Below are positions 1 through 10,624 of a stretch of 64,000 nucleotides of DNA, piece after piece. The stretch is from assembly GCA_963762145.1 (NCBI GenBank), contig CAVXJS010000014.1:480001-544000 (forward strand). Reading direction: 5' to 3'. The stretch is from an uncultured Candidatus Rokubacteria bacterium. Its GTDB lineage: Bacteria; Methylomirabilota; Methylomirabilia; Rokubacteriales; CSP1-6. The notes under the pieces are model-generated. The model did no database searches. It had not been told where the DNA came from and was given only the letters and a program-made list of their open reading frames with translations. The position numbers were made by a program, and so were the translations under genes. How positions within the stretch are numbered: position 1 is the stretch's first letter; each line of letters begins with the position of its first letter.

Positions 1-2762
1 GACATCGCGAGCAGGGTGAGCAGCGGCAGCATCGCGCCCTCGAGCCGCCCCGCGGCGACGAGCCACGCGCCCACCAGCGCCACCGCGAGGCCGCCGAGGC
101 CGGTGGCCACTTCCTGGAGCGCCGACTGGCGCGCGAGGTCGGCGAGGAAGGGCATGCGCGCGCCCGCGTAGGCCATCGCGCGCGCGGCGAGCGCCTCGCC
201 GCGGTGCGCCTCCTGTTGGAACGCGACGATCTCGCCGAGCCCCTGCACCGAGTCCACCGTGTGCGCGTTCAGCTCGCCCGACGCCTCGCGGGCGCGCGCG
301 CTCAGGCGATCGATGCGCCCGCGCCCGAGCACCGGGCTCAGCGCCGCGTAGGCCAGGAACGGCAGGACGGCCAGCGCCATCGGCCACCCGAAGGTGGCGA
401 GGGTGGCGAGGACCACCGCGGGGACCAGCACCGCGACCAGGCCGGGCGTGATGGTGTGGGCGAAGAAGTACTCGATCAGCTCGATGTCGTGGGTGGCGAC
501 GCCGAGCAGATCGCCGGTCCGCCGCGACGACAGGTAGGCCGGGCCGAGCTCGACGAGCTTGCGGAAGAAGCGCATGCGCATGTCCGCGAGCAGCCGGTAG
601 GCCATGTCGTGGGCGAGCCAGGACTCGAGCCAGTGCAGCACGCCGGCCAGCGGCGCGACGATCAGGAGCGCGGTGAGCCACGCGCCGGTGGGCTCGCCGC
701 GGCTCACCGCGCGGACCACCAGCGCGCTCAGCAGCCCGACGCCGATCAGCGCGGTCACCCGGGCCACCCCGAGCGCGAACGTGACGACGAGCCGGCCGTG
801 GTAGCCCGACGCCATCGCGATCAGGATGCGGCCGACCTCCCACCAGCCCGGTCCCGTCGCGCGGAGGATCGCCGCGGGCTCCGCGGCCGGCGCGCCCACC
901 GGGTCGTCCGGCGCGGGACCGGCCGCGGTCTCGACCACCGTCGCGCCGTCGCCGATCACGCCGTCGGTCTGACCCGCGGCCTGGCCCGCCATGAGGCGGC
1001 GGTACACGCCGTCGCCCGCCATCAGGGCGGCGTGGGTGCCGCTCTCGGCCACGCGGCCCTCGTCGAGCACCAGGATGCGGTCGGCGCCGATGATGCTCGA
1101 GAGCCGATGGGCGAAGATGAGCGTGGTGCGCCCGCGCATCAGCCGGTCGAGCGCGTCCTGGATGGCGGCCTCGCTCTCCGCGTCCACCGAGGAGAGCGCC
1201 TCGTCGAGGATCAGGATGGGCGCGTCGCGGAGCAGCGCGCGGGCGATCGCGATGCGCTGCCGCTGGCCGCCCGACAGCCGCACCCCGCGCTCGCCCACCA
1301 CGGTCTGGTAGCCCTGGGGCAGGGCCACGATGGCGTCGTGCATGTTGGCGTTGCGCGCGGCCGTCTCGAGCTCGGCCTGGCTCGCGTCGGGGCGCCCCAT
1401 GCGCAGGTTCTCCTCGATCGTGCCGTGAAAGAGATAGGTGTCCTGGCTCACCACCGCGATCAGCCGCCGCAGGTCGCGAAGGGAGAGCTCGCGCAGGTCG
1501 CGCCCGCCGATGGTGACGCGGCCGGTGGTCGGATCCGCGAAGCGGAGCAGGAGGCGCGAGATGGTGGACTTGCCCGCGCCGCTCGCGCCCACCACGCCCA
1601 CCCGCTCGCCCGCGGCCACGCTGAACGCGAGCGCCTCGAGCGCGGCTCGGCGCCCGCCCGGATAGCTGAATGTGACGCTCTCGAACGTGATCGAAGGGTC
1701 GATCGGAGAGTTTGCGGTGAAGCGAATGTTCTTATCGGGGGGGAGCGGCGCCGCTCCTCCCCCGAGCCCCCCCAGCGCATCGTTCTGTTGCGCGGCGGCG
1801 TCCGTGACCTGCGGCTTCACCTCGAGGAGGGCCAGGATGGACTGGGCCGCCGAGAGGCCGAGCATGCCCTGGTGCAGCACGGTCCGGAGCTCCCGCAGCG
1901 GGCGGAAGATCTCGACGCCGAGCATCAGCACCACCACGAGGGCGGTGAGCTCCATCTGGCCGCCCTGCACGCGATAGCTGCCGATCGCCAGCGCCACCGC
2001 CGCGCCCAGCGCGATGCACACGTCGCTGATGCCGCGCGCCAGCGTATTGGTGCTGAGCACCCACATGGTGGCCTGGAAGAGGGCGCGGCCGCGCTCCTCC
2101 AGGAGCCGGGCGCGCGCCTGGCTCTGACCGAAGGCGGCCAGGGTGCGCAGCCCCTGGATCGCGTCCAGGAACTCGGCGCCGTAGGCCGCGTAGGTCTTCG
2201 ACCGCGCGAGGCTCCCGCGGCTGTCCCAGCGGTGCCAGAGCGTGGGCATGAGGAAGGTGGCGATCGCGGCGACCAGGAAGACGAAGGCGAGCGGGAGGTC
2301 GATCGCGGCGACCACTGCGAAGATCAGGAACGGGGTGAGCGCGGAGACGAAGAGCTGGGGGAGGAACTGGCCGAAGTACACCTCGAGCTGCTGCACGCCC
2401 TCGACGACGGACAGGATGACGTCGCCGGTGCGCGTCTGGGTGAAGTGGGCCGGACCCAGCGCGGTGATCTGCTCGTATAGCCGCCCGCGCAGCCGGCGCT
2501 GCACGCGCGCCGCCGTGCGGTGGGCCGCCATCGTGCGTCCGTATTCGAGCAGGCCGCGGACCGCGATGAGGGCCGCGACCCCGGCGACCGGCCAGGCCAG
2601 GCGGGCGAGCGAATCGCCGGCGAGCACGCGCCCCAGCACCCAGCCCAGCAGGGCCAGGCGCGCGGTGCCCACGAGCACCGCCAGCAGGCCGGCCAGCGTG
2701 GTGCCCGCGATCCGGAGGCGGACGCCCCGCGTGAAGGCCCAGAGCCGGGGGTTCAGATACAC
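1..2762 (-). CDS. Fused ABC exporter (TMD-NBD-TMD..., CydD/CydC-like); runs off the left edge
   Basis: Missing from the ORF track because it has no stop in the window. Manual translation from GTG at 2762 gives [20 protein letters not shown], a TMD, Walker [10 protein letters not shown], signature LSGGQRQR, Walker [13 protein letters not shown], then a second TMD ([16 protein letters not shown]). Confidence 0.85.
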   Translation of the reverse strand, partial: MYLNPRLWAFTRGVRLRIAGTTLAGLLAVLVGTARLALLGWVLGRVLAGDSLARLAWPVAGVAALIAVRGLLEYGRTMAAHRTAARVQRRLRGRLYEQITALGPAHFTQTRTGDVILSVVEGVQQLEVYFGQFLPQLFVSALTPFLIFAVVAAIDLPLAFVFLVAAIATFLMPTLWHRWDSRGSLARSKTYAAYGAEFLDAIQGLRTLAAFGQSQARARLLEERGRALFQATMWVLSTNTLARGISDVCIALGAAVALAIGSYRVQGGQMELTALVVVLMLGVEIFRPLRELRTVLHQGMLGLSAAQSILALLEVKPQVTDAAAQQNDALGGLGGGAAPLPPDKNIRFTANSPIDPSITFESVTFSYPGGRRAALEALAFSVAAGERVGVVGASGAGKSTISRLLLRFADPTTGRVTIGGRDLRELSLRDLRRLIAVVSQDTYLFHGTIEENLRMGRPDASQAELETAARNANMHDAIVALPQGYQTVVGERGVRLSGGQRQRIAIARALLRDAPILILDEALSSVDAESEAAIQDALDRLMRGRTTLIFAHRLSSIIGADRILVLDEGRVAESGTHAALMAGDGVYRRLMAGQAAGQTDGVIGDGATVVETAAGPAPDDPVGAPAAEPAAILRATGPGWWEVGRILIAMASGYHGRLVVTFALGVARVTALIGVGLLSALVVRAVSRGEPTGAWLTALLIVAPLAGVLHWLESWLAHDMAYRLLADMRMRFFRKLVELGPAYLSSRRTGDLLGVATHDIELIEYFFAHTITPGLVAVLVPAVVLATLATFGWPMALAVLPFLAYAALSPVLGRGRIDRLSARAREASGELNAHTVDSVQGLGEIVAFQQEAHRGEALAARAMAYAGARMPFLADLARQSALQEVATGLGGLAVALVGAWLVAAGRLEGAMLPLLTLLAM
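1737..1775. repeat. Palindromic element (GGGGG-hairpin-CCCCC-GAGCCCCCCA type) inside the ABC gene linker
   Basis: GGGGGGGAGCGGCGCCGCTCCTCCCCCGAGCCCCCCCAG has the same architecture as the intergenic element at 32041. Confidence 0.55.
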
Positions 2763-2785
2763 GGCGCAGGATACCTCATCCGGGG

Positions 2786-2837
2786 CCCCTCACCATCAGG
2801 ACCCCTCACCCTGCCCTCTCCCCAGCGGGGAGAGGGT
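2786..2837. repeat. BoxC-like palindromic repeat
   Basis: CCCCTCACCCTGCCCTCTCCCCAGCGGGGAGAGGG (2802-2836), preceded by a partial CCCCTCACCA; near-identical copy at 62315-62364. Confidence 0.85.
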
Positions 2838-2851
2838 GGAAGGAAGGCTCT

Positions 2852-4123
2852 TCATATGCGGCCGGCGACCGCCCGCACCTTGCGGGGAGCCGCGAGCCAG
2901 ATGGCGACCGCGGAGACCACGCTGCAGGCGATGGAGATCCAGAACGCGAGCGTGTAGCTGCCGGTGTGGTCGTGGAGCGCGCCGGTGAGCCACGGCCCGA
3001 CCGCGCCGCCCGCGATCGAGGCCAGCATCAGGGTGCCGAAGATCGAGCCGTAGTGGCGGCCCTGGAAGATCTCGGCCGGGATCGCGCCCACGACCGAGGT
3101 GAGGCCGTAGCCGAGCATGCCCTGGGCGACCACCATCACGTAGAGCAGGGCGGGGGTCGGGGTGACCGCCAGGAGAAGCAGCGCCGCGTAGCAGATCGCG
3201 AACCCCAGCGCGCCCGCGGTCCACACCCACTCGCGCCCGATCCGGTCCGAGAGCCAGCCGAGCGCGATCTGGCCGGGGATGCCGGCCAGGCTCACGAAGC
3301 CGAGCGCCCACGCCGCGTCGCTCGGGCTGAACCCGATCTCGGTCAGGTACTTGGTCTGGTGCACCTGTACCGCGTACCAGGCGAAGAGGCCGGTGAAGTA
3401 CCCGATCGCGATCCACCAGAACCGGGTGGTGCGCGCCGCGCGCGCGAGCGTCCAGTCGACCGCCGCCCACGCCGCGTCCACCACGTTGGACGGGCGCGGC
3501 ACCGCGCCGGGGGCCGCGGCGCGATCCCCGTCGGGCTCGAGCCCCATGTCCTGGGGCCGGCGGCGCAGCAGCAGGTTGAGAGGCACGAGGAGTAGCAGGA
3601 CGAGGAGACCCATCGCCCAGCACGCCGCGCGCCAGCCCGAGCGGTCGATCAGGGTCTGCATCCAGGGCAGCAGGATCATCGAGCCCACGCCCACCCCGGA
3701 AAAGGCGAGGCTCATCGCGAGGCCGCGCCGGCGCACGAACCAGTCGGGGAGGAAGAGCGACTGCCCGGTGTAGCCGAGGCACACGCTGCCGCCGCCCACC
3801 ATCACGCCGAGCGTCGCGTAGAGGTGCCACGGGCGTGTCACCACGGTGGCGAGCAGCAGGCCCGCGCCGATCAGGAGCACGCCCAGCTCGATGACGACGC
3901 GCGGGCCGCGCCGGTCCATCAGGCGGCCGAGCGACGGGCTCAGGGCCGCCGAGACCAGGAAGCCGAACGAGAAGGCGCCCGCGGTCACGCCGCGCTCCCA
4001 GCCGAACTCGTCGAGGATCGGCGGGAACAGCAGCGAGAAGGTGGTGCGCGCGTTGACGCCCACCCCCATGGAGACGAAGACGACGGCCACGATGACCCAG
4101 CCGTAGTAGATCGGCAGGCGCAC
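2852..4123 (-). CDS. MFS transporter (OFA/MCT-like)
   Basis: About 12 hydrophobic segments; motif A GRLMDRRGPR and GWLSDRIGRE. Confidence 0.9.
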   Translation of the reverse strand: MRLPIYYGWVIVAVVFVSMGVGVNARTTFSLLFPPILDEFGWERGVTAGAFSFGFLVSAALSPSLGRLMDRRGPRVVIELGVLLIGAGLLLATVVTRPWHLYATLGVMVGGGSVCLGYTGQSLFLPDWFVRRRGLAMSLAFSGVGVGSMILLPWMQTLIDRSGWRAACWAMGLLVLLLLVPLNLLLRRRPQDMGLEPDGDRAAAPGAVPRPSNVVDAAWAAVDWTLARAARTTRFWWIAIGYFTGLFAWYAVQVHQTKYLTEIGFSPSDAAWALGFVSLAGIPGQIALGWLSDRIGREWVWTAGALGFAICYAALLLLAVTPTPALLYVMVVAQGMLGYGLTSVVGAIPAEIFQGRHYGSIFGTLMLASIAGGAVGPWLTGALHDHTGSYTLAFWISIACSVVSAVAIWLAAPRKVRAVAGRI

Positions 4124-4215
4124 GAGGGGGGATTGTACGCCGTTTGACTCCGCGATGGGGATTTGCCAGGATGTGCCGGCCAGCGGTCGAAGATGCCCAT
4201 CGGGAGGAGCCGACC

Positions 4216-5064
4216 ATGACGACCACGCCCACGGTCCTGGACATCACCGAGAACGACAACATCGCCGCGCGCGGCGGCGACAAGCTGAGGCGTCGCGTGG
4301 CCTTCGTCACCGGCGGCACCCGCGGAATCGGGGCCGCCATCTGCCGCAGCCTGGCCAGCCAGGGCGCGACCCTGGCCGCGGGCTACGCGGGCAACGACGA
4401 CGCGGCCAAGAAGTTCCGAGACGGCTTCGCCACCACCTACGGCACCGAGGTCAGCATCCACAAGGGCAATGTGGGCGAGCCCTCTGACTGCCGGCGCACC
4501 ATCGACGAGGTGATCGCGGCCCACGGCCGGCTCGACATCCTGGTCAACAACGCGGGGATCACCATCGACAAGACGGTGCTCAAGCTCTCCGACGAGGACT
4601 GGTTCAAGGTGCTGAACGTCAATCTGTCCGGCGCCTTCTTCCTCTCCCAGGCCGCGCTGCGGCACATGGCGGAGCGCGGGAGCGGGCGCATCGTGAACGT
4701 GTCGAGCGTCATCGGCGAGATGGGCAATATCGGCCAGGCCAACTACGCGGCGTCCAAGTCGGGGCTCTTCGGCCTCACCAAGACGCTCGCGCGCGAGGCC
4801 GCGTTCCTGCTCGCCAAGGCGGGGCGGCTCCAGGATCCGGACGGGGTCGGGCTCACCGTGAACACGGTGACCCCCGGCTTCATCGCCACCGAGATGCTCG
4901 AGCACGTCCCGGCCAAGCTGCTCGAGAAGATCGTCGGCCAGATCCCGCTCGGCCGCCTCGGCAAGCCCGAAGAGGTCGCGCGCGTCGTGCACTTCCTGGC
5001 CGCCGACGCGTCGAGTTACATCACCGGCCAGGTCTGGGGCGTCAACGGCGGCCTGGACATGTAG
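4216..5064 (+). CDS. SDR, 3-oxoacyl-ACP/acetoacetyl-CoA reductase-like
   Basis: TGGTRGIG, NNAGI and YAASK motifs; RBS GGAGGAG before ATG 4216. Confidence 0.9.
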   Translation: MTTTPTVLDITENDNIAARGGDKLRRRVAFVTGGTRGIGAAICRSLASQGATLAAGYAGNDDAAKKFRDGFATTYGTEVSIHKGNVGEPSDCRRTIDEVIAAHGRLDILVNNAGITIDKTVLKLSDEDWFKVLNVNLSGAFFLSQAALRHMAERGSGRIVNVSSVIGEMGNIGQANYAASKSGLFGLTKTLAREAAFLLAKAGRLQDPDGVGLTVNTVTPGFIATEMLEHVPAKLLEKIVGQIPLGRLGKPEEVARVVHFLAADASSYITGQVWGVNGGLDM

Positions 5065-5092
5065 CGCCTCTCATCCACAGGAGACCTCCATC

Positions 5093-5858
5093 ATGTGCGT
5101 GGACGACGATTCCTTTCCTCCGATCCCTCCGATCTCGGGCGGCGCGGCCGGCTCCCGCGACTTCAAGCTGACGTCGAGCGACGGCACGAGCTTCATGGCC
5201 CACGCGGCCCGCGCGGCCAAGCCCACCGGGGCGGGCATGATCGTGATCCCCGACGTGCGCGGCCTGCATCCGTATTACAAGGAGCTCGCCGATCGCTTCG
5301 CCGAGATCGGGGTGGACGCGGTCGCGATCGACTTCTTCGCGCGCACCGCGCCGTCGGAGGACCGCAGCGAGGCGTTCGACTTCATGTCGCAGGTGCCGCT
5401 GACCAAGCCGGAGACGCTGCAGGCCGACATTGCCGCGGCCGCGGCGTACCTTCGGACCGCCGACGGCGGGCAGGTGAAGTCGCTCTATTCGGTGGGCTTC
5501 TGCTTCGGGGGCGCGCTGTCCTATCTGCAGGCGGCCAGCGGGCTCGGCTACGCGGGGGTCATCGGCTTCTACGGCTGGCCGCTCGGCCTCAAGCGCTGGC
5601 CGGACCGGCCCAAGCCGATCGACGCGGTGCCGCGCTACAAGGCGCCGGTGCATGTCGATCTTCGGCGGCGCCGACGAGGGGATTCCGCCCGCGGACGTCG
5701 AGGCCTTCGACGCGGCGTGCCGCAAGGCCAACGTCAAGCACGACCAGAAGGTGTACCCGGGGGCGCCGCACAGCTTCTTCGACCGGAAGTACACCGAGTT
5801 CGCGGACGCGTCGGCCGACGCGTGGAAGCGCGTGCAGGCCTTCGTCAGCGGAAAGTAG
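5093..5858 (+). CDS. Dienelactone hydrolase family protein (one frameshift near 5650)
   Basis: Nucleophile motif GFCFGG. The C-terminal part (SIFGGADEGIP...YPGAPHSFF) is in another frame (ORF 5652..5858). Confidence 0.8.
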
Positions 5859-6891
5859 GGATCACCTCGCGGGTGAGGATGTCGAGCGTCCGCTTCATCT
5901 GATCGAGGGACAGGAGGCCGCTGGGGTTCAGCTCGGCGACGATGCCGCTGAGCCCCAGGTCCTCCGCGATCTCACCCAGCCGGTCGCGCAGGGCCGCGGC
6001 GGTGCCGAACGCCACGCGGGTCTCGAGCATCTCGTCGTACGGCATCGTGGTGATCCGGTCCGCCATGACCTGCCGCCGGTCCCCCGGGCCGGTGTCGGTG
6101 CGGCCGAGGCCGGACCGGATCAGCTCGATGTGCCGCTGGAAGAAGTAGGTCATCGCCTCCCGCGGCTCCTCGCGCGCGGCGGTGTCGGTCGGCGCCGCGT
6201 ACACCGGGATGCGCAGGTAGACGTCCGGCTCGCCGGCCTGTCCCGATTCCCGCCATGCGTCGCGGTACGTCTTCAGGTGGCCGCGCAGCAGGGGGATGTC
6301 CAGGTCTCGCAGCCCGATGAAGAGCGGGAGACCGAGGCGCGCGACGTGGGGAAAGGTCTCCGGCGAGTTGGCCGCCATGCGCAGCGGCGGATGCGGCACC
6401 TGGTAGGGCGTCGGCGACACCGTCACGTCGCGCACGCGGTAGAACTTGCCGTCATAGCTGAACGGCTTGCCCTTCCAGGCGAGGCGGATGATCTCGAGCG
6501 ATTCGAGGAAGCGCGCCTGGCTCTCGCCGTACGGCACGCCGAGGAGATCGTACGTCCGCGCCGAGCCGCTGCGGCCGACGCCGAAGTCCAGCCGGCCTTC
6601 GCTCAGCTGGTCCACGGTGGCTGCTTCCTCGGCGATGCGCAGCGGGTTGCCGAGCGGGAGCACCTGCACCGCGATCCCCACGCGGAGGCGCCGCGTCCGG
6701 GCCGCGATGAAGCTGGCGAGGGCGAGGGGGGCGGACTGGATCGATCGATTGCCGTTGAAGTGGATCTCGCCGAGCCAGACGCCGTCGAGGCCGCCGACCT
6801 CCGCCGCGTCCGCCAGCTCGATCGTCTCGCGCAGCGTGGCGCCTTCGCTGACGCCGCGGCGCCGCTCTTCCAGGAAGATCCCGAAATGCAT
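5845..6891 (-). CDS. LLM-class flavin-dependent oxidoreductase
   Basis: MHFGIF, VWLGEIHF, NPLRIAEEAATVDQLSEGRLDFGVGR. Confidence 0.9.
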   Translation of the reverse strand: MHFGIFLEERRRGVSEGATLRETIELADAAEVGGLDGVWLGEIHFNGNRSIQSAPLALASFIAARTRRLRVGIAVQVLPLGNPLRIAEEAATVDQLSEGRLDFGVGRSGSARTYDLLGVPYGESQARFLESLEIIRLAWKGKPFSYDGKFYRVRDVTVSPTPYQVPHPPLRMAANSPETFPHVARLGLPLFIGLRDLDIPLLRGHLKTYRDAWRESGQAGEPDVYLRIPVYAAPTDTAAREEPREAMTYFFQRHIELIRSGLGRTDTGPGDRRQVMADRITTMPYDEMLETRVAFGTAAALRDRLGEIAEDLGLSGIVAELNPSGLLSLDQMKRTLDILTREVIPTFR

Positions 6892-6969
6892 GGGGCCGGT
6901 CCCTCCGCCCGCGCATCTTGCGCCGGAGGGCTGCCGTCGTCAAGTCACTCCGGCCCGAGGCCGGCGCGG

Positions 6970-7821
6970 TTAGATCTCCGAGTAACCGCTGCCGCGGGTG
7001 TCCACGCCCCGGCCGCGGCCCGCGTCGATCCAGCCGAACTCGCGGAGGATCTGCTGGCTGTAGGTCACGCGGCCGCTCACGCGCTCGACCGGCTCGGTGG
7101 CCAGCAGCAGCGCGGCCTGCGCCATCAGGAGGGGCGGCTCGCCCCGTGGGTCGTCGAGGCCGCTCACGAGGCGGTGGTACACGGTGCCGGGGGTGGGCAC
7201 GACCTGGGAGGGCGACACCGCGGTCACCGAGATGCGGTGCGGGAACACCTCCGACGCCAGGCCCTGGGTGAAGCGCTCGAGCGCGGCCTTCTCGGCGCCG
7301 TAGCAGGTGCCGCCGCGCGCGCCCACCGCGGGATCGGAATAGGGCCCGCGCCCGGGGCCGATCGCGGAGCCGGAGGAGATGTTGACGATGGCGCCGCTCC
7401 GACGGGTGATCATGTCGCCGAGCACGAGCTGGCTCAGCATGAACGGGGCCTGAAAGTTCACGGCCCACGAGCGCAGCCACTTGCCGACCGGGTAGTCCTT
7501 CACCGGGATGTAGTAGGTCAGCGCCGCGTTGTTGACCAGCACGTCCACCGGGCCGTAGTGCCGCCGGGCCGCCTCGATCAGCCGCTCGCACTCCGCGGGC
7601 TCCGCGATGTTCGCGGCGATCGCGTGCGCGTCGCCGCCCGCCTCGCGGATGCCGGCCACGGTGGTCTCGAGCGAGCCGGCGAGGGGGTGCTGGCCTTCCT
7701 GAAGGGTGCGGGCCGCGCAGACCACGCGGCCGCCCTCGGTTGCGAAGAGCCGGGCGATGTCGGCGCCGATGCCGCGACTCGCCCCGGTGACTACCACGAC
7801 CTTGCCGTCCAGTCGGCCCAT
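6970..7821 (-). CDS. SDR oxidoreductase
   Basis: TGASRGIG, VNNAA, YGAEK; start placed at MGRLDGKV. Confidence 0.88.
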   Translation of the reverse strand: MGRLDGKVVVVTGASRGIGADIARLFATEGGRVVCAARTLQEGQHPLAGSLETTVAGIREAGGDAHAIAANIAEPAECERLIEAARRHYGPVDVLVNNAALTYYIPVKDYPVGKWLRSWAVNFQAPFMLSQLVLGDMITRRSGAIVNISSGSAIGPGRGPYSDPAVGARGGTCYGAEKAALERFTQGLASEVFPHRISVTAVSPSQVVPTPGTVYHRLVSGLDDPRGEPPLLMAQAALLLATEPVERVSGRVTYSQQILREFGWIDAGRGRGVDTRGSGYSEI

Positions 7822-7903
7822 GAGATCCTCCGGGCCGCTATTCTCCACGACGCGCACGCCCGGTCAACCGGCTCGGACCGCCGGCCGACCGGGCGGGCCG
7901 AGG

Positions 7904-9154
7904 CTAGGACGCGCTGACGCGCAGGCGCTCGCCGGGGAAGATGCGGTCCGGCCGGTCGAGGCCGTTCCAGCGCGCGAGCTGCGTGGTGGAGACGCCGTAC
8001 TGCCGGGCGATGCGCCAGACCGATTCGCCCGTCTTGACCACGTGAAGGCCCGCCGACGCGTTCCCGGGGGCGATCCGACGCGGCGCCGTCTCCAGCTGGA
8101 CCGCCGCCTGCATCGCGGCCGCGGTGCCGACCGGGATCTTGAGCTCGTACGGAGCGTCGGGCGGGGTCTGCTTTTGCCAGAGCTCCGGATTGAGCTGCTC
8201 GAGGTCCGCGAGCGCGACCCCCGAGAGCCCGGCCAGTCGCAGGAGGCGGCTGCCCTTGGGCACGGTCACGACCTCGTAACGCACCGGCTCTTCCGGCACC
8301 ACCGTGAAGCCGTACTGCTCGGGCCGGCGGCCGATCAGGGTCGCCGCGTGGATCGCGGGGACGAAGTTCTTCGTCTCCGGGAGCAGGTGCGGGCTGCGAC
8401 GGTGGAGGACCCAGAAGTCGCGCGAGCCCGAGCCCTGGATCGCCTGCTGGACCCGGACCTCGCCCGCGTTGTAGGCGGCCTGGGCCAGGTCCCACGAGCC
8501 GAAGACGGTGTAGAGGTCGCGCAGGTAGTTCGCCGCGGCCACCGTGGACTTCTCCGGGTCGAGGCGCTCGTCCGTCCAGCGGTCCACGCGGAGGCCGTAG
8601 AGGCGCGCGGTCGGGGCCATGAACTGCCACAGCCCCTTGGCGCCGGCGTGGGAGACCGCTACCGGGTTGAAGCCGCTCTCGACCATCGCGGTGAAGACCA
8701 GCTCCTCGGGCAGGCCCTTCTCCTTGAATATGTCAAGGATCATGGGGAGATAGCGGCCAGATCTGGCCAGGCGTGTCTCGGTGATCGCCCGCCGGTACCC
8801 GGTCTGGAACTTATCGAGGAAGTGCCGGACATGCTCGTTGAGCTGGACGCGGTAGGCCGTGGCCGGGGCCGGGCGCACCACCGCCGGGGTCGGCTCGGTC
8901 ACCAGGGCCAGGTTCACCACCGCCGGGGTCACCGGAAGGTCGGGCGCCTCCGCCGGGTATCCGAAGGTCTCGGCCAGGATGTCCTGGGATACGGGCCACG
9001 CTACCTGGACCAGCCCGACGGGCTCCATCGGGGTCGGTTCCGTGGCCATCATGGTTGGAGGGTCGATCTCGGCTCGGGCCGGTCCAGCGAAGGCCAGACA
9101 GCCTGCCAGGAGAAGGGCACTGCCGGTCACCAGGGTCCGCATTGTTCTAGCCAT
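7904..9154 (-). CDS. MltD-like lytic transglycosylase with LysM domains
   Basis: Signal peptide; catalytic VESGFNP; AKGLWQFM; AAYNAGE; C-terminal LysM HVVKTGESVWRIARQYGVS. Confidence 0.9.
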   Translation of the reverse strand: MARTMRTLVTGSALLLAGCLAFAGPARAEIDPPTMMATEPTPMEPVGLVQVAWPVSQDILAETFGYPAEAPDLPVTPAVVNLALVTEPTPAVVRPAPATAYRVQLNEHVRHFLDKFQTGYRRAITETRLARSGRYLPMILDIFKEKGLPEELVFTAMVESGFNPVAVSHAGAKGLWQFMAPTARLYGLRVDRWTDERLDPEKSTVAAANYLRDLYTVFGSWDLAQAAYNAGEVRVQQAIQGSGSRDFWVLHRRSPHLLPETKNFVPAIHAATLIGRRPEQYGFTVVPEEPVRYEVVTVPKGSRLLRLAGLSGVALADLEQLNPELWQKQTPPDAPYELKIPVGTAAAMQAAVQLETAPRRIAPGNASAGLHVVKTGESVWRIARQYGVSTTQLARWNGLDRPDRIFPGERLRVSAS

Positions 9155-9167
9155 AGCGGGCTAGAAC

Positions 9168-9183
9168 AGCAAGCGCCATTCCA
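9168..9183 (-). promoter_or_regulatory. Putative sigma54 promoter of the lytic transglycosylase
   Basis: Minus strand TGGAATGGCGCTTGCT fits GG-N10-GC, with an AT-rich patch upstream. Confidence 0.55.
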
Positions 9184-9361
9184 ATGATAACTCACATGAT
9201 TACATTAATGTTTTCTGGCTGACAGGGGGCCCGGAAATCCCTCTCTGAGTACCTCCCCACCCACGATGGGAGACTTGCACACCACGAATCCTTTGCATGG
9301 TCCGAAGTTTGCTCCCGGCCCTTGACGGCCTGGCTGACCGGCCCCATGCTGAGCGGCACCC

Positions 9362-10613
9362 ATGGCCTCGGAGCCTGCGACCGGAAGCCCGTTCGACGGA
9401 TACGCGCGCCGGGCGACGCCGGCTCCGGACCCCGAGCTGACCCAGGTCGGTCCCGGCACTCCCGGCGGCGAATACCTGCGGCGCTTCTGGCAGCCGGTGG
9501 CGTTCACGCGCGATCTGGACGGACCGCCGCGGCGCGTGCGCATCCTGGGCGAGGACCTCGTGGTCTTTCGCGATCGCGGTGGGCGCGTCGGCGTGCTCCA
9601 CCTGCACTGCGCGCATCGCGGCACGTCGCTCGAGTTCGCCATTCCGCTCGAGCGCGGCCTGCGCTGCTGCTACCACGGCTGGGTGTACGACGTGGACGGG
9701 CGCTGTCTCGAGACGCCGGGCGAGCCCGCGGGCAGCCGCCTGTGCGAGCGCGTGTGGCAGGGCGCGTATCCCACGCACGAGTTCTGCGGGCTCGTCTTCG
9801 CGTACTGGGCCCGCCCGATCGGCGCGCCCGCGTTTCCGCTCTATCGACACGTTCGACGTGCCGGGCCACACCCTCATGCCCGCGGCCGAGTTCACGCTGC
9901 CGTGCAACTGGCTCCAGGTGAAGGACAACAGCATGGACCCGGTGCACACCGCGTTCCTGCACGCGCTCTCGAGCGGCTATCAGTTCACCGAGGCCTTCGG
10001 CGGCGGTGCCCGAGCTCGACTGGCTCACCACCGACGCGGGCATGGTCTACATCGCGACCCGGCGCGTGAATGATCTCGTCTGGGTGCGCGTCTGCGACTT
10101 CATGCCGCCGAACGTGCACCAGTTCACGCGCGAGATCGAGGAGGCCGCCGCGCCCAAGGTCGGCGAGCCGGCCGGTGATCATCCGCTGGGCGGTGCCCAA
10201 CGACGACACCCACACGACGAACTTCGAGCTGGCCCAGGTGGATCCGGCGTGGGGGCTCACGCCCGAGCAGGTCGCGCGGCCCGGCTTCGGCCAGTCGGAG
10301 GACCGCCCCTACGAGGAGCGCCAGCGCTTCCCCGCCGACTACGACGCGCAGTCGAGCCAGCGCCCCGTCGCGGTCCACGCGCTCGAGCACCTCGCCTCGA
10401 CGGACCGCGGCGTGATCATGCTCCGGCAGCATCGTGCGCGACGGCATCCGCGCGGTGGCGGCGGGCCAGGATCCCTGGGGTACGCACTGGCCGGAGGGGA
10501 AGATCATCCCCACCCACACCCAGGATCTCGTCTTGCGGATCCCGCCCGCCGCGACGCCGGAGGCGGACCGCCGTCTCGTGCGCGAGACCGGTCGGCGCGC
10601 GGTCACCGGCTAG
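9362..10613 (+). CDS. Rieske oxygenase alpha subunit (phthalate dioxygenase/LigXa-like), frameshifted
   Basis: Rieske motif CAHRG...CCYHGW; mononuclear Fe motif NSMDPVHTAFLH and EHLASTDRGV lie in different frames. Confidence 0.8.
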
Positions 10614-10624
10614 GGGCGGCGGCC

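Noticed and set aside
204-2480. 758-aa plus-strand ORF and other long shadow ORFs (5095..7917, 49925..52924, most of 49954..53481, 56396..58768)
   Set aside because: Antisense or off-frame artefacts of high GC that overlap genes with clear motifs; Arg/Ala/Pro-rich with no domains.
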